64,000 bases of DNA from a virus. Positions within the stretch are counted from its first letter, which is position 1; each line of letters begins with the position of its first letter. Under the pieces are notes generated by a model that did no database searches, was not told the origin of the DNA, and was given only the letters and a program-made list of their open reading frames with translations. The stretch covers positions 5,668 through 69,667 of IMG/VR virus record IMGVR_UViG_3300019766_000011; one strand, written 5' to 3'. A program made the translations under genes and the position numbers. Shown one piece after another: positions 1 to 9,340 of the stretch.

Positions 1-253
1 GAATACCACGTACAGCGTAAGATGGAGGAATTTCTACTGATTCCTCTACATCTACACTAACAAACTTAAATTCGCTAACCACAGATGGATCATTACCATC
101 TTCGATTGCTTCCTCTTCAAAGGTGATAGAGTCATTCATAATTTCATCCATAAGCTTACAAGGACCACACCAGTTAGCTCCGAATTTTACAAGAACAGGA
201 CCTTCATAGTCAAGCACTTCTTTTTTAAATGTTTCATCGTTAACTTTTAACAT
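1..253 (-). CDS. trxA: thioredoxin (3' end beyond window edge)
   Basis: Manual translation MLKVNDETFKKEVLDYEGPVLVKFGANWCGPCKLM; WCGPC active site; GGAG SD upstream of ATG at 253. Confidence 0.9.
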   Translation of the reverse strand, partial: MLKVNDETFKKEVLDYEGPVLVKFGANWCGPCKLMDEIMNDSITFEEEAIEDGNDPSVVSEFKFVSVDVEESVEIPPSYAVRGI

Positions 254-312
254 CTTAACTCCTTTACTTTATTTGATGATATGTATCATATACCTATCAT
301 TTATGAATGCAA

Positions 313-747
313 CTACTTATTAAATTTAATTCTATTATTTTTAAGTAGATCATTATAGAGATTTCCAACCTTCTCAGGGTCTAATCGGAATGCTTTAGCA
401 GTAGCTACTACTGAATTACCATTAATTAGCATTTCATTACAACCTTTCCAGTTCTCTTCTGTTGGTGAATTGTATTTTGACATCTCTTTCTCCTCATTTA
501 AGTTAAGTCTAACAAATGCTGTAGTATTTTTCAATTTTAAAATGACCTCCTCTGATTGAATCTCCTTTAATATGAAAGGCCATTTACCACCACAAGGTAT
601 TAAAGTCCCCTCAACTACACAAGTATTAGATGTTTCGTAGTAGCACCCTTCACAACTTAAAGAGTTATCTATTTTAGTTACTTCTACATCAGTCCCATTA
701 TCTGTTGTGATTATTGAACCATATGCGTATTCAGTACTATCCGACAT
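313..747 (-). CDS. hypothetical protein, N-terminal Cys-rich domain paralogous to 1004..1249
   Basis: ORF; YGSIITTD..EV..SCEGCYY..C..IPC. Confidence 0.7.
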   Translation of the reverse strand: MSDSTEYAYGSIITTDNGTDVEVTKIDNSLSCEGCYYETSNTCVVEGTLIPCGGKWPFILKEIQSEEVILKLKNTTAFVRLNLNEEKEMSKYNSPTEENWKGCNEMLINGNSVVATAKAFRLDPEKVGNLYNDLLKNNRIKFNK

Positions 748-973
748 GATTAGTATCTACTATATTAAGTTCAACTAGGCTACACATCCATCCTTGAGCT
801 TCTAGATCTTCCCAAGTTGTATGTAGTTTCCCTCCTATTGAACACCTAGCAAAGTGTACAGCTAAGTCCTGAGAATGTGATTTAGATTTACGGGCTGAAT
901 TTATTAATACATCAGCTTCCAATGGGTTGTGACATACCCAATATTTAAGTTTATGTTTTTTACCCTTATTCAT
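737..973 (-). CDS. hypothetical phage protein
   Basis: ORF in packed operon with SD. Confidence 0.6.
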   Translation of the reverse strand: MNKGKKHKLKYWVCHNPLEADVLINSARKSKSHSQDLAVHFARCSIGGKLHTTWEDLEAQGWMCSLVELNIVDTNHVG

Positions 974-1003
974 GAATAGCTATTCCTCACTTTAATTTAT
1001 TAG

Positions 1004-1249
1004 TTAACAAACCCTGTGATACTCTTCGTAATCTAGTACTTCTGAGGAGGTAGTAGTATCATCAGGTACTTTAAGAATAAAGTTATCTTCTATACAAGGG
1101 ATATCTTCTCCACCTATCTTGCAAATTAAATTATTCTCTCTGAAGTAACAATCATTACAACTTCCTTCATACTCTTCAACTACTTCAAGCTTTGTTCCGC
1201 TATCTGTTGTAATTATAGAACCGTGTTCATATTTATTCTCACTATGCAT
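1004..1249 (-). CDS. hypothetical protein, paralog of 313..747
   Basis: HGSIITTD..EV..SCNDCYF..C..IPC. Confidence 0.7.
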   Translation of the reverse strand: MHSENKYEHGSIITTDSGTKLEVVEEYEGSCNDCYFRENNLICKIGGEDIPCIEDNFILKVPDDTTTSSEVLDYEEYHRVC

Positions 1250-1571
1250 TACATAAACCCCTCTTTAGTTTCCTTAGATCTTTTATTAGGTCTAGGAAGT
1301 AATAACCTCCTTCGTTACCCTTAATTTCTGTATCTCTTGTACCTCTAAAAGATTCGTAAGACACTAATAGTACATCTTCACCTTTAACATTACATTCACC
1401 AGTGTACCATCTAAGTTCAATACCACTACCGTGTGAATTAAAAGAAACCGTATAGTACCAAGTACGCAAACCATCAGTACTAAATACAGGTTTACCTCTT
1501 CTGACTATTTCAGTAACCAAAGCAGTTCGGTTAGAGCCTCGTGGACTGTTTGATGATAAATTAGTCGGCAT
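1242..1571 (-). CDS. hypothetical phage protein
   Basis: ORF with AAGGAG SD downstream of a promoter. Confidence 0.65.
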   Translation of the reverse strand: MPTNLSSNSPRGSNRTALVTEIVRRGKPVFSTDGLRTWYYTVSFNSHGSGIELRWYTGECNVKGEDVLLVSYESFRGTRDTEIKGNEGGYYFLDLIKDLRKLKRGLCNA

Positions 1572-1590
1572 TACACTCTCCTTTAATTAA

Positions 1591-1630
1591 ATTAGTGAGG
1601 AGATTGTAATAGATCCTCACTAATTGTCAA
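1591..1630 (-). promoter_or_regulatory. sigma70-like promoter overlapped by an 11-bp inverted repeat
   Basis: Minus strand TTGACA-16-TACAAT (1630-1603); IR attagtgagga 1591-1601 / tcctcactaat 1614-1624. Confidence 0.55.
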
Positions 1631-1942
1631 CTAATAAATTATAATTTTTTTAATACCAGCAAGTTCAGCAGCATTAGTGCAATTATCACATGCATAGCTA
1701 TGTCCAGTTAAATAAAGTGTTGCCCCTTTACACTTAGGTCCTGCTTTAGTTATTGCAATTACCTCTGCATGTGCTTCCTGATCACATACTTCTTTACAAA
1801 GATGATAACCTTCTCCACTAGCGTAACCTTCAGACTCTCTTGGGCAAACCTCCTGTGGGTTAGCACAGGAGTTATCACCTTTAAAGATCTCACCATCACT
1901 TGCAACAATTACAGCTTTTACTATTTGTTTAGCACAAGTCAT
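1631..1942 (-). CDS. dCMP/cytidine deaminase family protein
   Basis: HAE and CxxC (ACDNC) zinc motifs; start moved to ATG at 1942 with AGGAGG SD. Confidence 0.85.
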   Translation of the reverse strand: MTCAKQIVKAVIVASDGEIFKGDNSCANPQEVCPRESEGYASGEGYHLCKEVCDQEAHAEVIAITKAGPKCKGATLYLTGHSYACDNCTNAAELAGIKKIIIY

Positions 1943-1953
1943 AAAACCTCCTG

Positions 1954-4824
1954 TTAATGGCAATCTAACCAACTAAGTCCAATTTTGTACTCAGCATCTA
2001 GTGGACAGTTAAGTTCATAAAACTCACCAGCATCTATAATTGATTGCTTCATCATTTCACCAACCATCTCTGCATACTTTGGATTACAATGTATTTGGCT
2101 CTCATCGTGGTAAGTAATAACAATCTCACCAAAGAAGTCATCAAACTCTTCACGGAACTCTTGAAGCTTTACAGCCTGAGTATCAAAAGCTTTCTTCATA
2201 ACTAAAGCACCACCAGATTGACATGCCAAGTTAAGTGCAGCATGAACACCACGTACAGGCATCATACGTCCATCTATTGCTACTAAGAAACCTTGCTCTG
2301 CATCTTTCTGGATACGGTCAATACAATCACCTAAAGGTTTAAGACCCTTCATAATCCGCTCACGAATCTGAGTACCTATTACTGTATTCTGTGCTTCGAT
2401 GAAGGTAATAGATTCCTTCTCAGCTCTCCAATGTGAAAGTCTCCAACCACCTCTAAGTTTCTCCCAACCATTATCCCAGAGATAGTCTTCATCAAACTCC
2501 CCACGGTTAAGCTTAGCAACAGACCCAAGTTTACAATCACCTGCACCAAATATCAATGCGTACTCTACAGTTTTCGTATCTCCTCGTGTTTCAATCCATT
2601 CGTCAATAAGCTTCCAAAGGATTGTATGGAAATCACCATCAGTTATCTCAAATGTAGTTTGTACATCATTCATCAAGTGAGCAAGTATACGTAACTCTAA
2701 ACCACTAGCATCACAACCTATCTGAGCCATACGACCTTTAACGTATGAAGTCATCACAAAATCAAGTTTAGGCTCACCCTTTTTATCAACTTCACCTGTG
2801 TCCACCTCTTTAAACTCGAAACGATCTACGATGGACTTGTTAAGTTCCACATAGTTGTTTCTCATTTCCTCAGTACCAAAGGTCATATCATAGCTCCAAG
2901 GCTCTACACGGTCATCTAGAGGCGCTACAAAGCATCTACGCATCTCACGACCCCATCGTGCATCTACTGAAGGTACATTAACTACCCCCGCATGGCGACT
3001 ACGGGCTGTAGGTGTCCCTTGTGGTGTATTCCTGCAAGTTATCTGTCCATCATCCCGGATAAGGTTCAACCAACCCTTTGTAGGGTCTTTAAAGTTCTTT
3101 ATAGCTGTTCTACGAGCTGAATCTACAAAACGATCTTGTACCTTCATGCCTAAGTCATTAGTCATACTATTGAAGGATGATTCTGTTAATTTAGGGTTAC
3201 CTTTATCAGTAAACTCATCAGGTATCCATTCGTAATGTTTTAAGAAGAGGGCTTTAACCTGATTATTTGATGATAATTCATAAGGTAGATACTCAATTTT
3301 AGAGTAAGGCCCCACCACAACATCCTTTAATGGCTCACGTATGGATGTGTACGGGCCAATAATTGTTTCTTTGAGTAACCACTTAGGTACAGAGGTACGA
3401 AGCTCTCCAGCCTTCTTAGAGGCCGTTGTATCCTTAGTATCTTTAAGATGATCCCAATCTTTGAGAGCCATGCCAGCTTCACTAGCTAATTCTTCGATAA
3501 ATCCTTCTGGATCATCTAAGTAATGGTTGGATTCTTTAGCCTTAATCCCAGCAGATTTTAACCAAGTTTTAAGGATACGTTCTGGGAACTCAAAAAGCTT
3601 CCTTGGCGGGAACATCAAATCCATTTGCTCCTTAGCTGTCATATACTTCGTGCCTGTAGAGAATGCTTTATCAAAGTAGTTCTGTACAAGTGCCTTCAAC
3701 TCTCGATCTTGGCTATAAGGCATCAATGTAGGTTTACCATGACGGATATCGTCATTATCCCAATCCCACTCCATAGGCCAAAAAGCTTTTAGTTCTGTTA
3801 CAGGTTCTCCGTTACTTTTTAATAAAGGATGGGGATCACCATACTCATCTAACTCCGTTACAATTTCAGTAATAGAATGACCCATATCTATTAATGGTTT
3901 AGATAAACCCACTTCCATGGATTCTACATACTCTTGATTATCAACTTTAGATGAGACAGCTTCACTAAATCGTAGAGGTAATTGAGGTAAAACTTCTTCG
4001 TCACACTTAGCAATTAGTGAGTCTAATTTATTAACAAATCGAATAGCATGTTCTTCATCAAAACCACTACCAACTCGTTCAGCCCTTGCTATTATAGTTG
4101 AAGCACGATGCTCTATGTTTAAGGGATTCCTCCAATCAATACCATGGTGGATTTTATCAGCACCTATTTCATCAATAAGTTCTACGTAGGTCATTACATT
4201 GTTTTTAACATCATCACGTAGGCGTTTAACCATATCCATACTAAATACAGTCCAGTCCTCAATACCCGGCTTAGGCATACCATTACGTTCACCCCACGCT
4301 TCTAAACCATGAGGACCACCTTTAATTCCCTTAACAGCTGGACGGTCTACGTATTGAGTACGAGACATTACAAGGGTATCTATAATCCTACGCTTATCGT
4401 TTAGTTCAAAACCTTTATACCAATCATAACTCATTATCCGATTTAGTAATGGAACATCGTATTGAATAAAATTATGACCAATTAGAACATCACAACGATC
4501 CAAGTAGTTCTTAAGCATAGACATAGGAAATATTTTAGTACCACTTGTTGCAGTCCTACGTATTCTGTCACCGTATTTCTTTAACATTTCCTCATCATAA
4601 AATTCAACAGCTTCCATGTCATCATGCTTTACGTCAAAATCAACAGCAGATGTAAAGGTGATTATCTTACCTGTAGATCGGCTTAATGGCCAACCTGATG
4701 GAGACACGTTAATAAACCTGACACACCAAATACGATCAGCTTCAGGTTGTCCACGGGGAGTTAAGAATAAACCGTTTGACTCTAAATCTCCAAGTGCTCT
4801 AAACTTTTTCTTCTTAATTCCCAT
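1954..4824 (-). CDS. family A DNA polymerase (T7 gp5-like) with 3'-5' exonuclease
   Basis: ExoI DLE, ExoII GHNFIQYD, motif A CDASGLELR, motif B RGDTKTVEYALIFGAG, motif C YHDE. Confidence 0.95.
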   Translation of the reverse strand: MGIKKKKFRALGDLESNGLFLTPRGQPEADRIWCVRFINVSPSGWPLSRSTGKIITFTSAVDFDVKHDDMEAVEFYDEEMLKKYGDRIRRTATSGTKIFPMSMLKNYLDRCDVLIGHNFIQYDVPLLNRIMSYDWYKGFELNDKRRIIDTLVMSRTQYVDRPAVKGIKGGPHGLEAWGERNGMPKPGIEDWTVFSMDMVKRLRDDVKNNVMTYVELIDEIGADKIHHGIDWRNPLNIEHRASTIIARAERVGSGFDEEHAIRFVNKLDSLIAKCDEEVLPQLPLRFSEAVSSKVDNQEYVESMEVGLSKPLIDMGHSITEIVTELDEYGDPHPLLKSNGEPVTELKAFWPMEWDWDNDDIRHGKPTLMPYSQDRELKALVQNYFDKAFSTGTKYMTAKEQMDLMFPPRKLFEFPERILKTWLKSAGIKAKESNHYLDDPEGFIEELASEAGMALKDWDHLKDTKDTTASKKAGELRTSVPKWLLKETIIGPYTSIREPLKDVVVGPYSKIEYLPYELSSNNQVKALFLKHYEWIPDEFTDKGNPKLTESSFNSMTNDLGMKVQDRFVDSARRTAIKNFKDPTKGWLNLIRDDGQITCRNTPQGTPTARSRHAGVVNVPSVDARWGREMRRCFVAPLDDRVEPWSYDMTFGTEEMRNNYVELNKSIVDRFEFKEVDTGEVDKKGEPKLDFVMTSYVKGRMAQIGCDASGLELRILAHLMNDVQTTFEITDGDFHTILWKLIDEWIETRGDTKTVEYALIFGAGDCKLGSVAKLNRGEFDEDYLWDNGWEKLRGGWRLSHWRAEKESITFIEAQNTVIGTQIRERIMKGLKPLGDCIDRIQKDAEQGFLVAIDGRMMPVRGVHAALNLACQSGGALVMKKAFDTQAVKLQEFREEFDDFFGEIVITYHDESQIHCNPKYAEMVGEMMKQSIIDAGEFYELNCPLDAEYKIGLSWLDCH

Positions 4825-5083
4825 TTGAAGATTCCTTAATTATCTCAAAGAAGTGGTGACCTTTAATTTCATCATTCCCTTTTAATCCAAACACTTCATA
4901 AAAAGAGTAATTATGAGGAGAACCCTTCTCTGAAGTAATCTCAAATGAGTCTAAATCAGTATCATACTCATATTGATAAACTTTTTCAACTTTATACTCC
5001 TTACCTACCACTAAAGCAGGTCCCGAACCATCCTCCATCTGACAGTCATCTATAGCTAGTAGTTTAGTTCCTATTTTTAGCAT
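4814..5083 (-). CDS. hypothetical phage protein
   Basis: ORF with GGAGG SD, overlapping neighbours. Confidence 0.6.
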   Translation of the reverse strand: MLKIGTKLLAIDDCQMEDGSGPALVVGKEYKVEKVYQYEYDTDLDSFEITSEKGSPHNYSFYEVFGLKGNDEIKGHHFFEIIKESSNGN

Positions 5084-5091
5084 AATACCTC

Positions 5092-5313
5092 CTACATTCT
5101 AAGTTTAAGTTTAATATCCGTAGCTACAAAAGACTGTAGCTTATTTATTTCCCCATCTGATATTAATCCTATATTAGATGGGTAACCATTGTCAATTAAT
5201 TGTCCAACTTCTTCAATAATTTTAATAGAGTATGTACTAATAACCGAAGGAGTTATACCTTTCTTCAATAAACAAGAAGCTACACCTACACGCCACTGTT
5301 TTAAATCAATCAA
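5092..5313 (-). CDS. hypothetical phage protein
   Basis: ORF, TTG start with AGGAGG SD. Confidence 0.55.
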   Translation of the reverse strand: MIDLKQWRVGVASCLLKKGITPSVISTYSIKIIEEVGQLIDNGYPSNIGLISDGEINKLQSFVATDIKLKLRM

Positions 5314-5560
5314 AGAAAACCTCCTTTAAGTGATTAGCGACATTTAAAGGACCCATTAGTGCTACATGATCTACAGGTAGCATAGGCTGCACAATCGCTG
5401 GATGGAAGTTACCATGAAACATATCCATCATAACCTCTTCCATCTCTTCAGCTTCAGATCCTTTCATATTTGTTAGCTTGTCTACATTAACTCCTGCCTT
5501 AACTAACTGAGTCTTAACTTCTGCCATCCAACAGTATAGGTGCCATTTTGATAACTTCAT
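5306..5560 (-). CDS. hypothetical phage protein
   Basis: ORF; likely start MKLSKW coupled to the helicase stop. Confidence 0.6.
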   Translation of the reverse strand: MKLSKWHLYCWMAEVKTQLVKAGVNVDKLTNMKGSEAEEMEEVMMDMFHGNFHPAIVQPMLPVDHVALMGPLNVANHLKEVFFD

Positions 5561-6678
5561 TAACGTGTTCCTCTTCCAATTAATAAACATTTACGACTAG
5601 CACGAGTGATAGCAGTATACTTCCAACGGTTATGTTCTTTTAAGTTAGAACCCGGTAAACGTTCCTCAATAATTACAACATTAGGATACTCGCTACCTTG
5701 GCTTTTATGAACTGATAAGCAATACCCAAAATCAAAATAAGCCCTACGTTTATCCGGATTTTCAGGAACCTCTCCATTAAAAGTATTTTTATCTACAATA
5801 AGCTCAAAACTCTCTTCGTATCCATCTGGTTTAAATTTGATAGATATCGTGCTTACATTAACTTCTAGTATCTTTTCAACTGTACCCGTCATTCCATTAT
5901 TAATTAGCATATCTCGATTATTTTTAAGACAAACTAAACGTTCACCTTCCTCAGGGATATCACCCTCATAACCACGGTACTCCCTAATCTGTCTATTAAC
6001 TCTATGTCGCGTTCTATTAGTTGCACATAAAACAACATCAGCCCAATTTAAGGTTTTAATGTTATTAGATTCCTTCTTTGGGAATTGACAGAAATCTTTA
6101 CCAATTTTACCCATTGGAATTTTCTCATTCTGCCTGCACATTTGAGAGGCTATGATGATCCCGCTAGAAGCTTCCTGACGCATGATTTCATCTAGGTTAA
6201 TATGAGGACGTGCCATAATATTAGATCCACGAGAACCACCCACTGGATCAAGCTGACCTTTATCACCAACATATATAATTGGAATACCAAATGATTCTAA
6301 ATCTCTTCGTATATCAGGATCGGCCATACTAGCCTCATCGACTACTATTAATTCGATATCATCAAGATCTTCTTTAAGTTCTTGTCTCACATTAAAATCA
6401 TCATCAATATCATAATCATAAATAGAGGAGTGGATGGTATGTGCATTCATTCCTTTAGATTTCATAACCTGTGCTGCTTTACCAGTGTAAGCACAGTATA
6501 AAATATTATTAGGCTTATAACCAAGGTCTTGAGATATAACATGGCTTAATAGAGTGGTCTTACCTGTACCAGCGTAACCTCCTAGAATAAAAGGTTCCCT
6601 CATAGGGCCTTTAGACCAATCTATTAACATTGTTCTAGCTATCCCTTGTCGTTTTGTAAACGAGATTTCATCTAACAT
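5560..6678 (-). CDS. Dda/RecD-like superfamily 1B DNA helicase
   Basis: Walker A GYAGTGKT, Walker B VVDEASM, VGDKGQL, HKSQGSEY, YTAITRA. Confidence 0.92.
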   Translation of the reverse strand: MLDEISFTKRQGIARTMLIDWSKGPMREPFILGGYAGTGKTTLLSHVISQDLGYKPNNILYCAYTGKAAQVMKSKGMNAHTIHSSIYDYDIDDDFNVRQELKEDLDDIELIVVDEASMADPDIRRDLESFGIPIIYVGDKGQLDPVGGSRGSNIMARPHINLDEIMRQEASSGIIIASQMCRQNEKIPMGKIGKDFCQFPKKESNNIKTLNWADVVLCATNRTRHRVNRQIREYRGYEGDIPEEGERLVCLKNNRDMLINNGMTGTVEKILEVNVSTISIKFKPDGYEESFELIVDKNTFNGEVPENPDKRRAYFDFGYCLSVHKSQGSEYPNVVIIEERLPGSNLKEHNRWKYTAITRASRKCLLIGRGTR

Positions 6679-6686
6679 TTTACCTC

Positions 6687-7169
6687 CTACTTTTTAACAA
6701 GAGTTAAGTGTGCTCTTGATTTGATTGGTTTTATCTTAGGATTAAATCCTACTATTTTTAAGTTTTTACTACTTAATAAAGGTTTAGGTTTCTCTAAATT
6801 ATCAGAAACAATTGAAGTATCTTCTTCGTAATTATCTTCCCTATCATTGTAAGTCATATCACCTATAGGAAACGAAGAATTAGCTGGATCTTCCTTGGCG
6901 TAGATCACTTCTAAAGACTCTAAAGGACAATAAATACTATAAGGGACACCACTAAAACGAGCTGTGAATGACATAACTTTACTATTTAATTTAAAATCAA
7001 TAACAGCCGATGATGACACATTGAAAATAATACTTCCATCTTGAATTAAATGTTCAGGAACTATCACATCTTTGACATTACAATTTACTAAGATATAAGG
7101 TGTAAGGTTATTCTCACAGATCCATTGAATATGTGCATTAGCATAGAAACTTGTTAGTGGCTTATACAT
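6687..7169 (-). CDS. sspB: ClpXP adaptor SspB homolog
   Basis: WICENNLTPYILVN..VIVP..DGSIIFNVS..AV..FTARFSGVP..IYAKE core and C-terminal XB-like RAHLTLVKK; start moved to ATG 7169 (GGAGG SD). Confidence 0.85.
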   Translation of the reverse strand: MYKPLTSFYANAHIQWICENNLTPYILVNCNVKDVIVPEHLIQDGSIIFNVSSSAVIDFKLNSKVMSFTARFSGVPYSIYCPLESLEVIYAKEDPANSSFPIGDMTYNDREDNYEEDTSIVSDNLEKPKPLLSSKNLKIVGFNPKIKPIKSRAHLTLVKK

Positions 7170-7503
7170 TATGAGCCTCCTCGTTATTATGTTCAGATAA
7201 AAATCGTGCCATTCCAATATAAATAGCTAGAATTATTGTAGAACTAGTGAATGGTTCTATCGAGTACCTGTGTAAAAAAAGAGAAGAACTTGTGTATCCT
7301 AATTCAATAGCAAGTATAGTAATAGCTTCAGGCAAGTGCTCCGTCAAAGCTTTTAATTCTTCAGTACATCCATTAGGATTACCCAACTCTATCTGAGAAA
7401 GATGATGTTCTATAGATATTCTACTATTAAGTTTTATACCTTTTAATTCGCAATAATTACGTATTAAATTAATATTACGATCTTTTATAGGTGCTTTAAT
7501 CAT
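7162..7503 (-). CDS. hypothetical phage protein
   Basis: ORF overlapping both neighbours. Confidence 0.6.
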   Translation of the reverse strand: MIKAPIKDRNINLIRNYCELKGIKLNSRISIEHHLSQIELGNPNGCTEELKALTEHLPEAITILAIELGYTSSSLFLHRYSIEPFTSSTIILAIYIGMARFLSEHNNEEAHNV

Positions 7504-7724
7504 TTAACACCTCCCTCATGGCTAACTATGTGACAATAAATTACATCTGTGTAAGAGTCTGGTAGACTTAATTCATCCAAACTATTAGCAATACTATTTC
7601 GTGTAAGTTCGTCTTGTTTTTGTAAAGCCTTACGGATACGATGTTCTACAGCACCACGATTATTAGGAGAAATAACATCTTCTAAAATTTCTACAACAGC
7701 TTTAGCTCTTTCTAGTACGTTCAT
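7500..7724 (-). CDS. small helical protein, paralog 3 of tandem triplet
   Basis: IRKALQKQDELTR motif; start moved to 7724 (AAGGAGG SD). Confidence 0.6.
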   Translation of the reverse strand: MNVLERAKAVVEILEDVISPNNRGAVEHRIRKALQKQDELTRNSIANSLDELSLPDSYTDVIYCHIVSHEGGVK

Positions 7725-7984
7725 TTGATACCTCCTTGGTAATTCATAAGAGCCTCTTGAGTGTCTATAACTTCTAAACAACCACCAGTTTCGGTAGAGG
7801 TTGGTAAATTATTAATTAAAGTACAGCAAGCTTCACGAGTGATTCTATCCTGTTCCAATAGAAGAAGTCTTAGACCTTTCTTTAAACCGTCTATCAGATA
7901 CCCCGGTACTTGAGACATAGCATCGTCTTGTATCCCTTCCTCATTGTAAATGAAGTTCTCGATACGTTTATTTAAAGTACTCAT
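7721..7984 (-). CDS. small helical protein, paralog 2 of tandem triplet
   Basis: LRLLLLEQDRITR motif. Confidence 0.6.
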   Translation of the reverse strand: MSTLNKRIENFIYNEEGIQDDAMSQVPGYLIDGLKKGLRLLLLEQDRITREACCTLINNLPTSTETGGCLEVIDTQEALMNYQGGIK

Positions 7985-8223
7985 ACTAATTCAACTCCTT
8001 CAATTATCTTCTTAGAATACTCAAAAGCCAACTTTCCATGTGGCTCTTTTAATTTAGATAATTCATTTATGCATTGTTTCTTAGTCAGCTCGTGCTGTTC
8101 TTTAAGAAGATGACGGACACTTTCCTTAAGAATCCTTAATTTATAACTTTCTAACTTATTTGTAAGTTGTGAGATACTTGAATCCCTTCCAGCCCACTTT
8201 GATATACGTACCGCTATTTGCAT
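7981..8223 (-). CDS. small helical protein, paralog 1 of tandem triplet
   Basis: VRHLLKEQHELTK motif. Confidence 0.6.
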   Translation of the reverse strand: MQIAVRISKWAGRDSSISQLTNKLESYKLRILKESVRHLLKEQHELTKKQCINELSKLKEPHGKLAFEYSKKIIEGVELV

Positions 8224-9137
8224 TTGATAGCTCCTTTCAAGATTTCGTAAACAGTATCATGACCACCACCGTTAAGCAACTCATCATTTGCATCTTTTCC
8301 AGATTTAGAAATAATAGGTATTAACTTATCCCCTAGTAGTTCCTTCATGCTCTCAATACACTTCAAACCAACATCATCATTATCACCCCAAAAGATTACT
8401 TTAGAATGGGATTCTACAAATTCAAGGTTATTAATAATTCCTTGAATTGACCCACCTGTAGGCAGGCTTACCACTCTGCACCATCTTCCTGTTTTCAGTT
8501 TCAAGGTTTCTAGCACCGTTAATGCATCAGGTTCACCTTCTGTAACAATTAGATAGCCCTTATTGGGTAAAGCTTCAGCCTGCCTTTGTAAATAAAGTTT
8601 ACTACCACGAGTGCCACCTATCACAAACATTTGCTTCGGTAATATTCTAACTTTAAAACCACTGAGAACCGATTCAATGTATGTATCATCTTCTTCATCT
8701 ATACCTTCCCGGCTATAGTACTCAAATAGTACAGCTTCGAGTGTTCCGAAGTAAGGCGACCCTCTCATTCTCGTACCAGAATATCTCATGGTACGGGTAC
8801 TTATTCCTCTCCAAGCTTCCATGTAAGGAAAGCCTTTAGCTTGTTTCAATCTATCTTGTACATAACGCTCTGGTAGCTCCTGTGAGATCATTTCAGGAGA
8901 CAGTACACCGTCAGTAACCCCAACTATGTTATCGACCTCCTGTGGGCTATACCAAGTACTACAGGACCAGCAATACCCAGATAAAACACCAGAATCATGA
9001 GAATGAATCTCTACAGCATCTGATGATGTACAACCTTTACCATCTGGATCATGACAAGGGTTATTAACACTAACCCTTTCACTGTTACCAGAGAAAAGAT
9101 CATCTCTATGTGTTTTAATCGGTACTGATATTGCCAC
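8214..9137 (-). CDS. T7 gp4-type DNA primase (Zn finger + TOPRIM), no fused helicase
   Basis: PC..GCTSSDA..YCWSC Zn finger; TEGEPDAL, GDNDDVG, KDAND TOPRIM motifs. Confidence 0.88.
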   Translation of the reverse strand: MAISVPIKTHRDDLFSGNSERVSVNNPCHDPDGKGCTSSDAVEIHSHDSGVLSGYCWSCSTWYSPQEVDNIVGVTDGVLSPEMISQELPERYVQDRLKQAKGFPYMEAWRGISTRTMRYSGTRMRGSPYFGTLEAVLFEYYSREGIDEEDDTYIESVLSGFKVRILPKQMFVIGGTRGSKLYLQRQAEALPNKGYLIVTEGEPDALTVLETLKLKTGRWCRVVSLPTGGSIQGIINNLEFVESHSKVIFWGDNDDVGLKCIESMKELLGDKLIPIISKSGKDANDELLNGGGHDTVYEILKGAIKCK

Positions 9138-9139
9138 GT

Positions 9140-9340
9140 TTACTCCTCGAAATTAGGTTCTAACTTAACACGTTCAAACATCTTATCACAAATTTCTTTA
9201 CCATGTGTATGTACTATTTTATTCATTTGAACTCTTGCAACATTTCTAAGGTATGTTGGACTTCCTGAATCCATGTAAGCTTTAAAAAACTCTTGGTACA
9301 ACTCTTCTGTATATCCTTGTTTTTCCTCTTGTTCAGTCAT
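9140..9340 (-). CDS. hypothetical protein
   Basis: ORF with AAGGAG SD; resembles C-terminal tail of 9337..10119. Confidence 0.55.
   Translation of the reverse strand: MTEQEEKQGYTEELYQEFFKAYMDSGSPTYLRNVARVQMNKIVHTHGKEICDKMFERVKLEPNFEE

Noticed and set aside
1954-4824. Intein in DNA polymerase
   Set aside because: Insertions lack C/S...HN splice junctions and LAGLIDADG blocks.
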